A stretch of 64,000 nt of DNA, taken from assembly GCA_030018265.1 (NCBI GenBank), contig JASEFX010000009.1:838-64837 (forward strand), in the 5' to 3' direction. Origin of the DNA: Candidatus Saccharicenans sp. (GTDB lineage Bacteria > Acidobacteriota > Aminicenantia > Aminicenantales > Saccharicenantaceae). Made by a program: the position numbers and the translations under genes. The stretch's first letter is position 1; the number at the start of each line of letters is the position of its first letter. The notes below the pieces were generated by a model that did no database searches, was not told the origin of the DNA, and saw nothing but the letters and a program-made list of their open reading frames with translations. Shown here in pieces: positions 7,045 through 16,048 of the stretch.

Positions 7045-8841
7045 TCAGGTGGGCGGATGAAGCCTTTTCCTGAACCACGGGCGCAGTTTTTCCATTCTTT
7101 CCCGCTGCCAGGAAGGGGCCTGCCGGCTGCAGGTTGACATTTCTTCCGAACCTGGAGATGCTCCCCAGCGAATTTCCGGACAGTCGTTTGGATTGTAAGC
7201 CATTTCAAAGGCTTCCTTCCTGCTGAGAACCTCCTCCAGAGTAAGCGTTTTCAGACTGCCATCAGAGCGACGGTAGCTTATGCTCAAACCACGCCCGAGA
7301 CCGGCGGAGATTTTTTCCAGTCTGGCTTTGATTTTCTCAGGGCTTTCAGAAACACTGATTCCGTATTTTTCCGGATCGCGGGCGACGCGCTCAGGAAATT
7401 CCTCGATCGTATCGAAGGCAATGAGCAGCCTCAGGTCCCGATTGGGTGTTGAGTAATCTTCCCAGGGTCCGGTGGTCAGAAACACAGTCGCGCCCTCAGG
7501 CATTGGAATGATTTTCCCGGGATGTCCCCTGAAATATTTTTCAGCGTTCTCGACTGCTTCCACTCGCACCAGCAGCTGCTCATAAAGGGCCTGGTACAGC
7601 TCTTTTAAGGCCGTCTCCGGGTCCAGCGGATGCGGGTTGATCAATCTGTCCATCTTTTCGTAAAAAACTTCCGGTTTTAGCTTCAGCTGTTCAATAGAAT
7701 AGTTGCCGTAATCCTGGCTCTCCTGTATCTCCCGGTTGCTCATCAGCCTGAGCCTGCCGGAAGCTCTCACTACCGGGCGAAAAGCTTTAAATCCCGGATC
7801 CCCGATCACTTCTTCCGTGGCAAAAAGAAAGTTGCCCTTCCAGAATCTTTTAAGGCCTATGGTTCCATCGGGCTGAGCGTCAACCGCCAGCAAAATTCCC
7901 GGTCGATTTCTCGTCTGCGGTTTCCAGCGAACGATCACCAGCGTATGTCCGTAGGGGTCAGCATAAACTGTTCCGGGGCGGAGCCATTCCCGGGCAAGCG
8001 GCAGAGGATAATAATCCGAATTCTCTTCAGTCAGGGCCGTGCGCCCCGTACCCGAATGCACGACGTTCATAACCTGGCGCATCAACCGTGAGAATCTGCT
8101 GGCTTCAGGTCCGGCGGAGGTGGGCAGCTCATTGTGAAACCAGCGCCCGGGAACCGGAAGTCTGGCCAGCGAACCCCTGGAGCATTCATGAAAACCGAAC
8201 GGAAGACGCATTTTCCAGGCAAAATAACCCCGGAGAAAAAAGGGGTTATCGGCGCAGTCCGGTTCTAACTTCAGCTGCCGGTCTTCATCCTGTCCGAGAT
8301 GATTGTAGAGAAAATTCCATTCTTTTTTCTTCAGGACGGAATCCAGGTCAGGCCAGGAATCTTTCTCCCCGGCTTCCTGAAAAAGCGCTTCCAGCCAGGC
8401 GGAATAAAGGTTTTCCATTTTCCTGTTCCAGTCGCCTTCAGCTTTCCAGAAAACCCCGGTTTCCCCCTTAACGTAATCCCGTTCGCCAGTTTTGAATTCT
8501 TCCGAAAAAATCAATTTTTTACGGAAATAAACATCCACCTGATAGTTCCCCGCCACCGGAGCCTTCCCTTCCCACCAGGACCAGAAAGGAGGACCTCCTC
8601 CGCTTTTTCTTAAAATCAACCTGATCTTCCCGCCCCCGGGCCCCTGAGCTTCCACTTTCAGGTCGTCAACATCCAGCTTCTCCTCAGAAACCAGAACCAC
8701 CCGGAATTCGGAGCCAGGGCGGACAACGCCCGGGAAGAAATGCAGGGAAATCATCCGTTCGGCCGAACCGGCATCAACCAGGACGCCAGCTGGCTGATGA
8801 AAACACATAAGCAGCGAGAAAACAACCAGCCACAGATTCAC
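7045..8841 (-). CDS. secreted protein of unknown function (598 aa)
   Basis: Long ORF with a GTG start and an N-terminal hydrophobic leader NLWLVVFSLLMCF. I recognise no named family. Confidence 0.75.
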   Translation of the reverse strand: MNLWLVVFSLLMCFHQPAGVLVDAGSAERMISLHFFPGVVRPGSEFRVVLVSEEKLDVDDLKVEAQGPGGGKIRLILRKSGGGPPFWSWWEGKAPVAGNYQVDVYFRKKLIFSEEFKTGERDYVKGETGVFWKAEGDWNRKMENLYSAWLEALFQEAGEKDSWPDLDSVLKKKEWNFLYNHLGQDEDRQLKLEPDCADNPFFLRGYFAWKMRLPFGFHECSRGSLARLPVPGRWFHNELPTSAGPEASRFSRLMRQVMNVVHSGTGRTALTEENSDYYPLPLAREWLRPGTVYADPYGHTLVIVRWKPQTRNRPGILLAVDAQPDGTIGLKRFWKGNFLFATEEVIGDPGFKAFRPVVRASGRLRLMSNREIQESQDYGNYSIEQLKLKPEVFYEKMDRLINPHPLDPETALKELYQALYEQLLVRVEAVENAEKYFRGHPGKIIPMPEGATVFLTTGPWEDYSTPNRDLRLLIAFDTIEEFPERVARDPEKYGISVSESPEKIKARLEKISAGLGRGLSISYRRSDGSLKTLTLEEVLSRKEAFEMAYNPNDCPEIRWGASPGSEEMSTCSRQAPSWQRERMEKLRPWFRKRLHPPT

Positions 8842-9063
8842 TTTCGGGTCTCTCTTCTTGATGGGTTATTTTCATTCAACCAGCTGAAACTGTCAAATCA
8901 TGACCTTTTTCTGTCTTCGTTTACAGAATTACCGAAGGAACAGACGCACGGCTATGAAAAAATTTTTTACTGAATTGTTCATGCCGGGCAATTCTCCCTC
9001 CGCCCCTGGACTTATCTTTTTTCAGCGGGCATCTTGAAGTAAAATACTTCCGCAGGAGGCAAT

Positions 9064-10776
9064 ATGAAAAGAAAAACGCTGTGGATTCTTCTGGTAATTT
9101 TTTTTGTTGTTCTGATTCTGGCTATCGGTTTCACTTTTATCATCGAAACCATCTCTCCCCGTGAAGTTTCTGTCGCTCAAAATTCTTACCTGGAAATAAA
9201 GCTTGACGGCCGGCTGGAAGATTACACGCCTTTTTCCGCTCTTCCCGGTTTTTTTACTGAAAGAGCCCTCTCTCTTTTCGACATCTGGATGAACCTCAGA
9301 AAAGCCGCCGTTGACCCCAGAATTAAGGCCACAGTGGTAAAATTCGGGCTGCTCGACGCCGACTGGGCGAAGATCGAAGAACTCCGTCAGGCCATCCTGA
9401 CCTACAGAAAATCCGGCAAACCGATCATTGCTTACATCGAGGAACTTCCTGACGGAGATAAGGAATACTACCTGGCCACTGCCTGTGATCGGATCGTCAT
9501 ACATCCGCTCGGCTGGCTTGGAATAAACGGACTGGCCGTTTATGTCCCCTTTTTCAAGGGAACGCTGGACAGGCTCGGCATAACCGCCGAATTTGAACAT
9601 ATCGAAGAGTTCAAGACCGCCTACAACCAGTTTACCGAGAAAGGTTTTACCCCGGCCCACCGCGAAATGCTTACCTCAATATATGAAAATGTATTCAACT
9701 ATTATGTGGAGCAGATAGCCGCTGCCCGTCAACGTCCGATGGAAGAAATAAAGAATCTCATCGACCGGGGATATTTCCAGGGAAAGGAAGCCGTGGACAG
9801 CGGTCTGGTGGACGATATCGCGTATGAAGACCAGATCTTTCAGACAGAAACCATGGCAATATACAGAGAGCTTAAAGGAATTACCAGCGAAAAATACTCG
9901 AAGGTGCGACCGGAAAGGTTTGGCCTTAACCTGGGGCGAAAATTCGCCCTGATCTTCGCCAGTGGGACGATCATTTCCGGGAGCGGTGAGCAATTTGTCC
10001 TGGGCAGTGAAACCTTCAACCGCTGGCTGCGCGCGGCCGTTAAGGATAGAACGATCGAAGCAATAATTGTCCGGGTCGACAGCCCGGGCGGCTCAGCGGT
10101 TGCTTCCGACATCATCTATCACGAACTGATAAAGGCCAGAAGCGAAAAGCCGGTGGTCATCTCGATGTCGGGGCTGGCCGGCTCCGGCGGATACTGGATT
10201 TCGCTCGGCGGGCACCGGATAGTGGCTCAACCGCAGACTCTCACCGGTTCAATTGGCGTAATAGCCGGCAAATTCAGTTTCGAAGGCTTTTTAGAAAAAA
10301 TCGGTGTCACCACAGATAAAATCGTCATCGGGAAAAACGCCGATGCCTTTTCCTTTTACCGCAGGTTCACTCCTGAAGAAAGGAAAATCCTCAGGCAGGA
10401 AATCGGATACATTTACCAGCAGTTTCTGGAGAGAGTGGCTTCTGCCCGTAATCTCAGCGTGGAAGAAGTTGACCGCATCGGCCAGGGGCGGATCTGGACC
10501 GGGCAGCAGGCAAAAAACCTGAAATTGGTCGATGAACTCGGCGGACTGCCCGCTGCCATCGAAGAAGCAGCCAGACTGGCAGGCCTGCCTCCGGAAAAGG
10601 AAGTCAGACTGGTCGTCTGGCCGGCCCGGCGCAGTCTGCTTGATATCATTCTCGGGAGAAAAACTGAACTGGCAACTGCCGGCGGGAGAACCGACCTGCT
10701 CAACTCGGCCCTGAAGATTATGAAAATATTTTCGCGGCCGGGAACCTGGGCTTTAATGCCATTCTGGATTTATTGA
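9064..10776 (+). CDS. sppA: signal peptide peptidase SppA, 67K (two-domain) type, peptidase S49
   Basis: N-terminal TM segment. Two tandem S49 halves. Motifs VDSPGGSAVASDIIYHEL and MSGLAGSGGYWISLG. Confidence 0.9.
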   Translation: MKRKTLWILLVIFFVVLILAIGFTFIIETISPREVSVAQNSYLEIKLDGRLEDYTPFSALPGFFTERALSLFDIWMNLRKAAVDPRIKATVVKFGLLDADWAKIEELRQAILTYRKSGKPIIAYIEELPDGDKEYYLATACDRIVIHPLGWLGINGLAVYVPFFKGTLDRLGITAEFEHIEEFKTAYNQFTEKGFTPAHREMLTSIYENVFNYYVEQIAAARQRPMEEIKNLIDRGYFQGKEAVDSGLVDDIAYEDQIFQTETMAIYRELKGITSEKYSKVRPERFGLNLGRKFALIFASGTIISGSGEQFVLGSETFNRWLRAAVKDRTIEAIIVRVDSPGGSAVASDIIYHELIKARSEKPVVISMSGLAGSGGYWISLGGHRIVAQPQTLTGSIGVIAGKFSFEGFLEKIGVTTDKIVIGKNADAFSFYRRFTPEERKILRQEIGYIYQQFLERVASARNLSVEEVDRIGQGRIWTGQQAKNLKLVDELGGLPAAIEEAARLAGLPPEKEVRLVVWPARRSLLDIILGRKTELATAGGRTDLLNSALKIMKIFSRPGTWALMPFWIY

Positions 10777-10803
10777 AGTTGCCGCTATCAACCGGGGCGG
10801 GAA

Positions 10804-11115
10804 TTACTTTTTTTCCCTGACTATTACTTTTTCATCAGGTTTGATCAACCAGAGTTTTTCTCTGGCCTCCTTCTCCAGGGCTTCCGGGTCTGTTTCCAGC
10901 TTTTTTATTTCGTACTCCAGTTTTTCCTTCTGTGCCGTCAGTTGCTCTATTTCAGTCTGGAGTTCCTGCAATCTCTTTTTAGACCTTTGAATGTCGAGAA
11001 AGCCTTTCTTTCCGAAGAAAGTGGTGACCAGAGTCGCGAGAATAAATATAGCCAGCAGGAGATAGAAGAATTTCTTGCGGGTGGAAACTTTCTCTGGTGA
11101 CCTGGCGCTTTCCAT
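10804..11115 (-). CDS. ftsB: septum formation initiator (FtsB/DivIC family)
   Basis: 103 aa with one TM segment ([19 protein letters not shown]) followed by a coiled coil (LQELQTEIEQLTAQKEKLEYEIKKLE). TGATG overlap with the upstream gene. Confidence 0.75.
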   Translation of the reverse strand: MESARSPEKVSTRKKFFYLLLAIFILATLVTTFFGKKGFLDIQRSKKRLQELQTEIEQLTAQKEKLEYEIKKLETDPEALEKEAREKLWLIKPDEKVIVREKK

Positions 11116-12512
11116 CAGAGCAACTCCCGCCCGGCTCGAAGGAGCGCCCGGGCTTCTTTCTCGTTTCCGGCCTCGGCATAACAGCGAATCAGGGGTTCCG
11201 TGCCGGAAAACCTTAGAATCAGCCAGGCGTCTCCGGAAAAGTCCAGTTTAAGTCCATCCATCGTTTCCACCGATTGCACCACCCTTTTCCCGAGCCGGCC
11301 TGGCGGATTTTTTATCAGGACTTCGAGCTTTCTGGCGTTTCCCGGAGTCAGGGGAAGATTTTCCTGAACACAAACCATCCGGCCGTATTTCTTAAAAAGT
11401 TGCTGGAGCAACTGAGAAAGACTCAGCCCGCAAACGGATATCATCTCAGCCACCAGCAAACCGACGAAAATGCCATCCTTTTCCGGCAAATGATCCTTAA
11501 CTGCCAGACAGGCGCTTTCCTCGCCGCCAAAAATGATCTTGTTCTGAAGGATGAGGTCGGCTATGTATTTAAAACCAACCGGCGTCCGGTAAAGCGGAAC
11601 TTCGTAATGACGTGCAATGCGATCGATCAGATGGGTGGTGGTAACCGACCTGGCCACCCCGCCTCGCCAGCCTTTAACCGCCAGAAGATATTCAAGGATT
11701 AAAGAAAGGATGTAATTTGCCGGCACCAGACGGCCCTTTTCGTCAACTATGCCGAAGCGGTCACCGTCAGCGTCGGTGGCCAGTCCGAGAGCGCAACCTT
11801 TTTCCCTGACAAGTCTCTTCAGCTCGTTCAGATTGGCTTCTGTGCAGGAAGGAGAAATCCCGCCAAAATAAGGGTCAACATAGCCATGAATGACTTCGAT
11901 CGGAACACCGTTTTCCTCCAGAATTTCGTCGAGATATTCTCGACCGGTGCCGAAAAGCAAGTCAATCCCGATTTTAACGCCTGCCTTCCTGATGGCGGCA
12001 AAATCGATTTTCCCCTGCAGAAATTCGAGATAATCTTTCTGCAGGTCTATTATATGGATGTACGAATGGTCAGGATAAAAGTAAGGGGCTACAGATTCCG
12101 GGGTAATTTTCTCCACCTCGCTCTCAATTTCCTGAGTAACTTCAGGCAGAGCCGGCGCTCCGCTGTCCACGTTGAATTTGAGCCCGTTGAACTCAGGTGG
12201 ATTAAAGGAAGCGGTGAAATTGATTCCTCCGCTATGTTTACCCTTGATTATCTGATAGGCCAGCGCCTGGGAAGGACTATCGCGGTCGGCGAGATAAACG
12301 TGAATACGGTTTTTCGACAGAAGCGCAGCCGCCTCTTCGGCAAATCTTTCCGAAAGAAAACGTGTGTCATAACCTATTACCACAGAACACTGGCCGTCGG
12401 AATGATTCCTTCGGAGATAGTTAGCGATGGCTTGAACTACCCGGCGGACGTTGGTGAAGGTAAATTCCTCACCCATAATCGCCCGCCAGCCTGAAGTGCC
12501 GAATCTGATCAT
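11115..12512 (-). CDS. alpha-D-phosphohexomutase (phosphoglucomutase/phosphomannomutase family)
   Basis: FGTSGWR N-terminus. Phosphoserine loop TASFNP. Metal loop TDADGDRFG. Sugar loop GGEESA. Phosphate loop RFSGTEPLIR. Confidence 0.85.
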   Translation of the reverse strand: MIRFGTSGWRAIMGEEFTFTNVRRVVQAIANYLRRNHSDGQCSVVIGYDTRFLSERFAEEAAALLSKNRIHVYLADRDSPSQALAYQIIKGKHSGGINFTASFNPPEFNGLKFNVDSGAPALPEVTQEIESEVEKITPESVAPYFYPDHSYIHIIDLQKDYLEFLQGKIDFAAIRKAGVKIGIDLLFGTGREYLDEILEENGVPIEVIHGYVDPYFGGISPSCTEANLNELKRLVREKGCALGLATDADGDRFGIVDEKGRLVPANYILSLILEYLLAVKGWRGGVARSVTTTHLIDRIARHYEVPLYRTPVGFKYIADLILQNKIIFGGEESACLAVKDHLPEKDGIFVGLLVAEMISVCGLSLSQLLQQLFKKYGRMVCVQENLPLTPGNARKLEVLIKNPPGRLGKRVVQSVETMDGLKLDFSGDAWLILRFSGTEPLIRCYAEAGNEKEARALLRAGRELL

Positions 12513-12652
12513 CTGCCGGTTCTTCCCGCTTTCAGATTGAAATTATCACAAGAAAAAACATATTGCAATCAGCTGAAAAGCGTGCCTGCTGCCTCCCGAC
12601 TGCTGAACCACAACCCATCGCACCACTTCGTTATTTAATTATATCATCACGA

Positions 12653-12681
12653 TTGACCGGTCCCTGGCAATAATTTAATCT
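12653..12681 (+). promoter_or_regulatory. candidate promoter (TTGACC-17 nt-TAATCT) for 12694-15138
   Basis: Hexamers at 12653-12658 and 12676-12681. This implies a very short leader before the ATG at 12694. Confidence 0.3.
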
Positions 12682-12693
12682 TTAACCGGGAAA

Positions 12694-15138
12694 ATGACTG
12701 AAAGATCAAGAATACTCGCCGGGGTAACCCTCGTTTCAGCCGACATTCTCGCCCTGGAAATAATCCTGACCAGGTTTTTTTCCATAGCCCAGGGTTATCA
12801 CTACGCATTCCTGGTGGTCAGCCTGGCCTTTCTGGGGTTCGGGCTGGGTTCTCTTTTCCTTTTTTCGCGGAAACTGAAGGTTTGCCTGACAAAAACATCC
12901 ACGCTCGCGGCGCTGGCCTTCGGCCTTGGCCTGATGATCCCTTTAAGCATCTGGCTGGTCAATCTGCTGCCGTTCAACCCGGTGGAATTGCTGTGGAATC
13001 AGAAAAAAATATTTATGCTCGGCATCCATTATCTCATCCTCAGCGGTTCTTTCCTTCTCGGAGGGCTGATCATTTCGGCTGCGCTGACAAAGCTGGCCGG
13101 AACCACCCATCAGGTCTACTTTGCTGACCTGACCGGCGCAGCCGCTGGCATAATCCTGGCCGGAGCCGGCTTCAGGCTGGCCGGCGATAGGGGGGCAATT
13201 TTACTTCCGGTCATGCTATCTCTGACTGCCTCCGTGGTCTTTGCTCTTGCCGGTAAAGACAGAGGCTTCCTGAAGCTCATCCACTTACTCTCTGCTGTTT
13301 TCGTCACCGGGTTGATTTTTTTTGCCGGAAGACATCTGGAATTTAAGATTTCCGAATATAAGCCTCTGCCCTTTTATTTAAAACAAAAAGATGCCGGGCT
13401 TATGAGGACCGTCTGGGACGAAAAGTTGAGGCTGGACATATTTCGCTCGCCGGCAATCCGATACGCCCCCGGACTCAGCCTTTCTTACGAGGGGCAACTC
13501 CCGGACCAGCTGGGTCTGGCTCTTGACGCTGAAAAAATATACGCCTTAAGTGCTGACGAAATTTATTCAGATCAATCTGACTTTGTTACTTATCTTCCTG
13601 TCTGGCCCGCCTTTGAGCTCAGCGCCGGCGGGAGGATTCTTCTGCTGAAGCCTGCGGGAGACCTGGAACTGCTGCTGGCTCTTAAAGCCTCGCCGACGAA
13701 AATCAGGGTGTTTGAAGAAAGCGACCTTTTAAGAAAAATACACCTGTCCCGGCTAAAAAATCTGGCTCAGAACGGATGGGATTTGCCGCCGGTGGAGCTG
13801 CTTACGGTTGAACCCCGGGCTGGACTCATTCAGGAGAAAAAGAACAGAATTGAATATGAGCTCATTTTATTTCCGCTGCCGGACCTTCCCGGAAGCTTCA
13901 GCACCGGGTTTTACGGACCAGGGGAAGATTATCTGCTAACTCTTGAGTCGCTGGATACCATCTTTACGCTTCTGAGCCCGGATGGACTGGTGGCCGCGGT
14001 GTTCTATTTCCTTCCTCCTCCCCGCCAGGAAATTAGATTTCTGGCTATGTGGGTTGAATACCTGGAAAATCGCGGTCTTAAACCGGAAGGACATATTACA
14101 ATCATCAAGTCGGTGGAGACAGCCACTTTTTTAATCAAAAAGAATCGTTTTACTGACGCAGAAATCGAGCAGCTGAGAAGGTTTGCCGGCGAGCGCCTTT
14201 ATGACCTTAACCTCCCCGATTCCAGAAAGGAAGAGTCTCAAACTTTCACCATCCAGCCAAACATTCCTTTATGGGAAGAACTCATCAGCTTTCTTTTTCA
14301 TCCGGAAAAACGACGTTTGCTTTATGACAATTATCTTTTTGACATAAGTCTGGTAAACGATAACCGGCCTTTTTTCCGGGATTTTATGAAATGGGAACGC
14401 TGGCCAGAAGTGAAAAAATTTTTCCGGCAGACCGCCTATCCCCTTTTCACTGGAAAGTACCTTCTTGGGTTTCTCCTCGGACAGGCCCTGGTCACAGGTC
14501 TCTTGATCATCATCCTGCCGCTGACCATTTTTGTCCGCCGGGAGCTTCCGGAAGTTCCCCGAAAGACCCTCATATTTTTTTATTTTGCCTCCCTCGGTGC
14601 CGGTTACATGCTGGTTGAAATCACCCTGTTCAACAAGTTTCTTCTCTTAATAGGGCATCCGACCTATTCCCTGAGTGCTGTGCTTTTCTTTCTGCTCGGT
14701 TCTTCCGGCGCCGGAAGTTTGAGCCTTAATATTCTTCAGAAGAAAACAGGAAAATACGGTCCCCTGCTCTGGCCGCTTATCTGTCTGGCGGCGATAATTT
14801 TTGAAGCTGCAGTCCTGAAGCTGGCCGGAAGTTTATTCTTAACCCTGGGCCTGCCGGGAAGACTGGCGCTTGGTTTCGCGCTTGTTTTTCCGCTTGGCTT
14901 TTTTCTCGGGATGCCCTTTCCCGCCGGGCTGAACTATTTTCAATCCAGATCCAGGATGCTGATACCGTTTGCTTTTGCTGCCAACTCTTTCTTCAGCCTG
15001 CTGGCTTCAGTCTGGGCTCTGGTTCAAGCTGAACTTTTCGGTCATCAATCGGTTCTGGTGTCGGCAGCGATTTTTTATTTATTCTCATTTCTTTTTCTCT
15101 ATTTCACCTATCATCGGGACAAAGCGAACATCGAGTAG
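12694..15138 (+). CDS. polytopic membrane protein: two homologous multi-TM modules flanking a degenerate spermidine-synthase-like soluble domain
   Basis: About 7 hydrophobic helices at each end. The N-module motif ALEIILTRFFSIAQGYHYAFLVVSLAFLGFGLGS recurs as MLVEITLFNKFLLLIGHPTYSLSAVLFFLLGSSGAGS. The central region follows the SpeE strand order. Confidence 0.8.
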   Translation: MTERSRILAGVTLVSADILALEIILTRFFSIAQGYHYAFLVVSLAFLGFGLGSLFLFSRKLKVCLTKTSTLAALAFGLGLMIPLSIWLVNLLPFNPVELLWNQKKIFMLGIHYLILSGSFLLGGLIISAALTKLAGTTHQVYFADLTGAAAGIILAGAGFRLAGDRGAILLPVMLSLTASVVFALAGKDRGFLKLIHLLSAVFVTGLIFFAGRHLEFKISEYKPLPFYLKQKDAGLMRTVWDEKLRLDIFRSPAIRYAPGLSLSYEGQLPDQLGLALDAEKIYALSADEIYSDQSDFVTYLPVWPAFELSAGGRILLLKPAGDLELLLALKASPTKIRVFEESDLLRKIHLSRLKNLAQNGWDLPPVELLTVEPRAGLIQEKKNRIEYELILFPLPDLPGSFSTGFYGPGEDYLLTLESLDTIFTLLSPDGLVAAVFYFLPPPRQEIRFLAMWVEYLENRGLKPEGHITIIKSVETATFLIKKNRFTDAEIEQLRRFAGERLYDLNLPDSRKEESQTFTIQPNIPLWEELISFLFHPEKRRLLYDNYLFDISLVNDNRPFFRDFMKWERWPEVKKFFRQTAYPLFTGKYLLGFLLGQALVTGLLIIILPLTIFVRRELPEVPRKTLIFFYFASLGAGYMLVEITLFNKFLLLIGHPTYSLSAVLFFLLGSSGAGSLSLNILQKKTGKYGPLLWPLICLAAIIFEAAVLKLAGSLFLTLGLPGRLALGFALVFPLGFFLGMPFPAGLNYFQSRSRMLIPFAFAANSFFSLLASVWALVQAELFGHQSVLVSAAIFYLFSFLFLYFTYHRDKANIE

Positions 15139-15807
15139 CTGCTTTATCACCGGCTTCCCGTCAACCTTCTTCACCAGGGTCAGCGTCTGATAGAAAACCG
15201 TGCTGCCCACCGGGATGACCAGCCGGCCGCCTTCTTTCAGCTGCTGGAAAAGCGGCGGAGGAATATGGTTGGCGGCACAGGTAACCAGGATAGCGTCAAA
15301 GGGCGCTTCTTCCGGCCAGCCAAAATAACCGTCAGCCCAGCGGACCTTCGCCGGGTAATTGAATTCTTTGAGCAAAGCGGCCGACCTGGAAGCCAGGGTT
15401 TCCCTTATTTCGATGGAATAGACCTGATTGGTCAGCTGACAGAGGATGGCGGCCTGATAACCTGAACCGGTTCCAATTTCCAGGACTTTATCTCCGGGTT
15501 TAATTTCGGCCGCAGCCGTCATCAGGGCGACAATGTAAGGCTGGGAAATGGTTTGACCTTCCCCTATGGGCAGCGGGTAATCTTCATAAGCTTCCTTTCG
15601 GTATTCCGGCGGAACAAAGAGATGGCGGGGAACAGCTCCGAAGGCCTGGAGCAGGCGCTCATCTCTGAGGCCCCGGGCCTGAATTTGATGCCTGACCATT
15701 CTCTCTCTTTTATTTTCATAATAAGATTGCTCTTTGCTCTGAGAGGCAAGAGGAAACACAAGAACGAACAAAAACGCCAGCGTCCAGAATAATCTATTGT
15801 CCATCAT
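15085..15807 (-). CDS. pcm: protein-L-isoaspartate O-methyltransferase with N-terminal signal peptide
   Basis: Motifs TISQPYIVALM and VLEIGTGSGYQAA, with a C-terminal VRFVPM. Leader LFWTLAFLFVLVFPLASQ. Confidence 0.9.
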   Translation of the reverse strand: MMDNRLFWTLAFLFVLVFPLASQSKEQSYYENKRERMVRHQIQARGLRDERLLQAFGAVPRHLFVPPEYRKEAYEDYPLPIGEGQTISQPYIVALMTAAAEIKPGDKVLEIGTGSGYQAAILCQLTNQVYSIEIRETLASRSAALLKEFNYPAKVRWADGYFGWPEEAPFDAILVTCAANHIPPPLFQQLKEGGRLVIPVGSTVFYQTLTLVKKVDGKPVIKQLLDVRFVPMIGEIEKKK

Positions 15808-16009
15808 TTCCCGCTCAGCTTCCGTTTACCATTAAAATTTTATTCCGCTGAGCTCGAAAACTCAACAGGAACCTCACCCCCGGCGATGAAGGCCGTATCC
15901 TAAAATTCACCTGGAGATTAACCAGGGGTGGTGATTGACGCAGGGACACCTTTTTTTTAACTTTTCCCCTGGTTATAAAGAGAGAGGCTAACTATCTGAA
16001 AAAAAATAT

Positions 16010-16038
16010 TTGACAAGAAGAAATATTTTTGATAATTG
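16010..16038 (+). promoter_or_regulatory. candidate promoter (TTGACA-17 nt-TAATTG, or GATAAT with a 15-nt spacer) for coaD-pil operon
   Basis: Perfect TTGACA at 16010-16015 in an AT-rich stretch 35 nt upstream of the coaD ATG. Confidence 0.3.
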
Positions 16039-16048
16039 ATAGACAAAG

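Noticed and set aside
6831-7208. A 125-aa ORF spanning the spacer between the 598-aa gene and the RRM gene.
   Set aside because: It overlaps the 3' end of the 598-aa CDS in another frame. Its sequence is Arg/Pro/Gly-rich and low-complexity, and it has no SD. The N-terminal extension of the RRM ORF (6758-6862) is rejected as well, because the internal ATG at 6757 has a GGAGG SD and yields a canonical RRM start.
8954-9037. A 27-codon sORF (MKKFFTELFMPGNSPSAPGLIFFQRAS) in the divergent spacer upstream of sppA.
   Set aside because: It has no convincing Shine-Dalgarno and no evidence of conservation available to me. An ORF this short in a 220-nt spacer is expected by chance.
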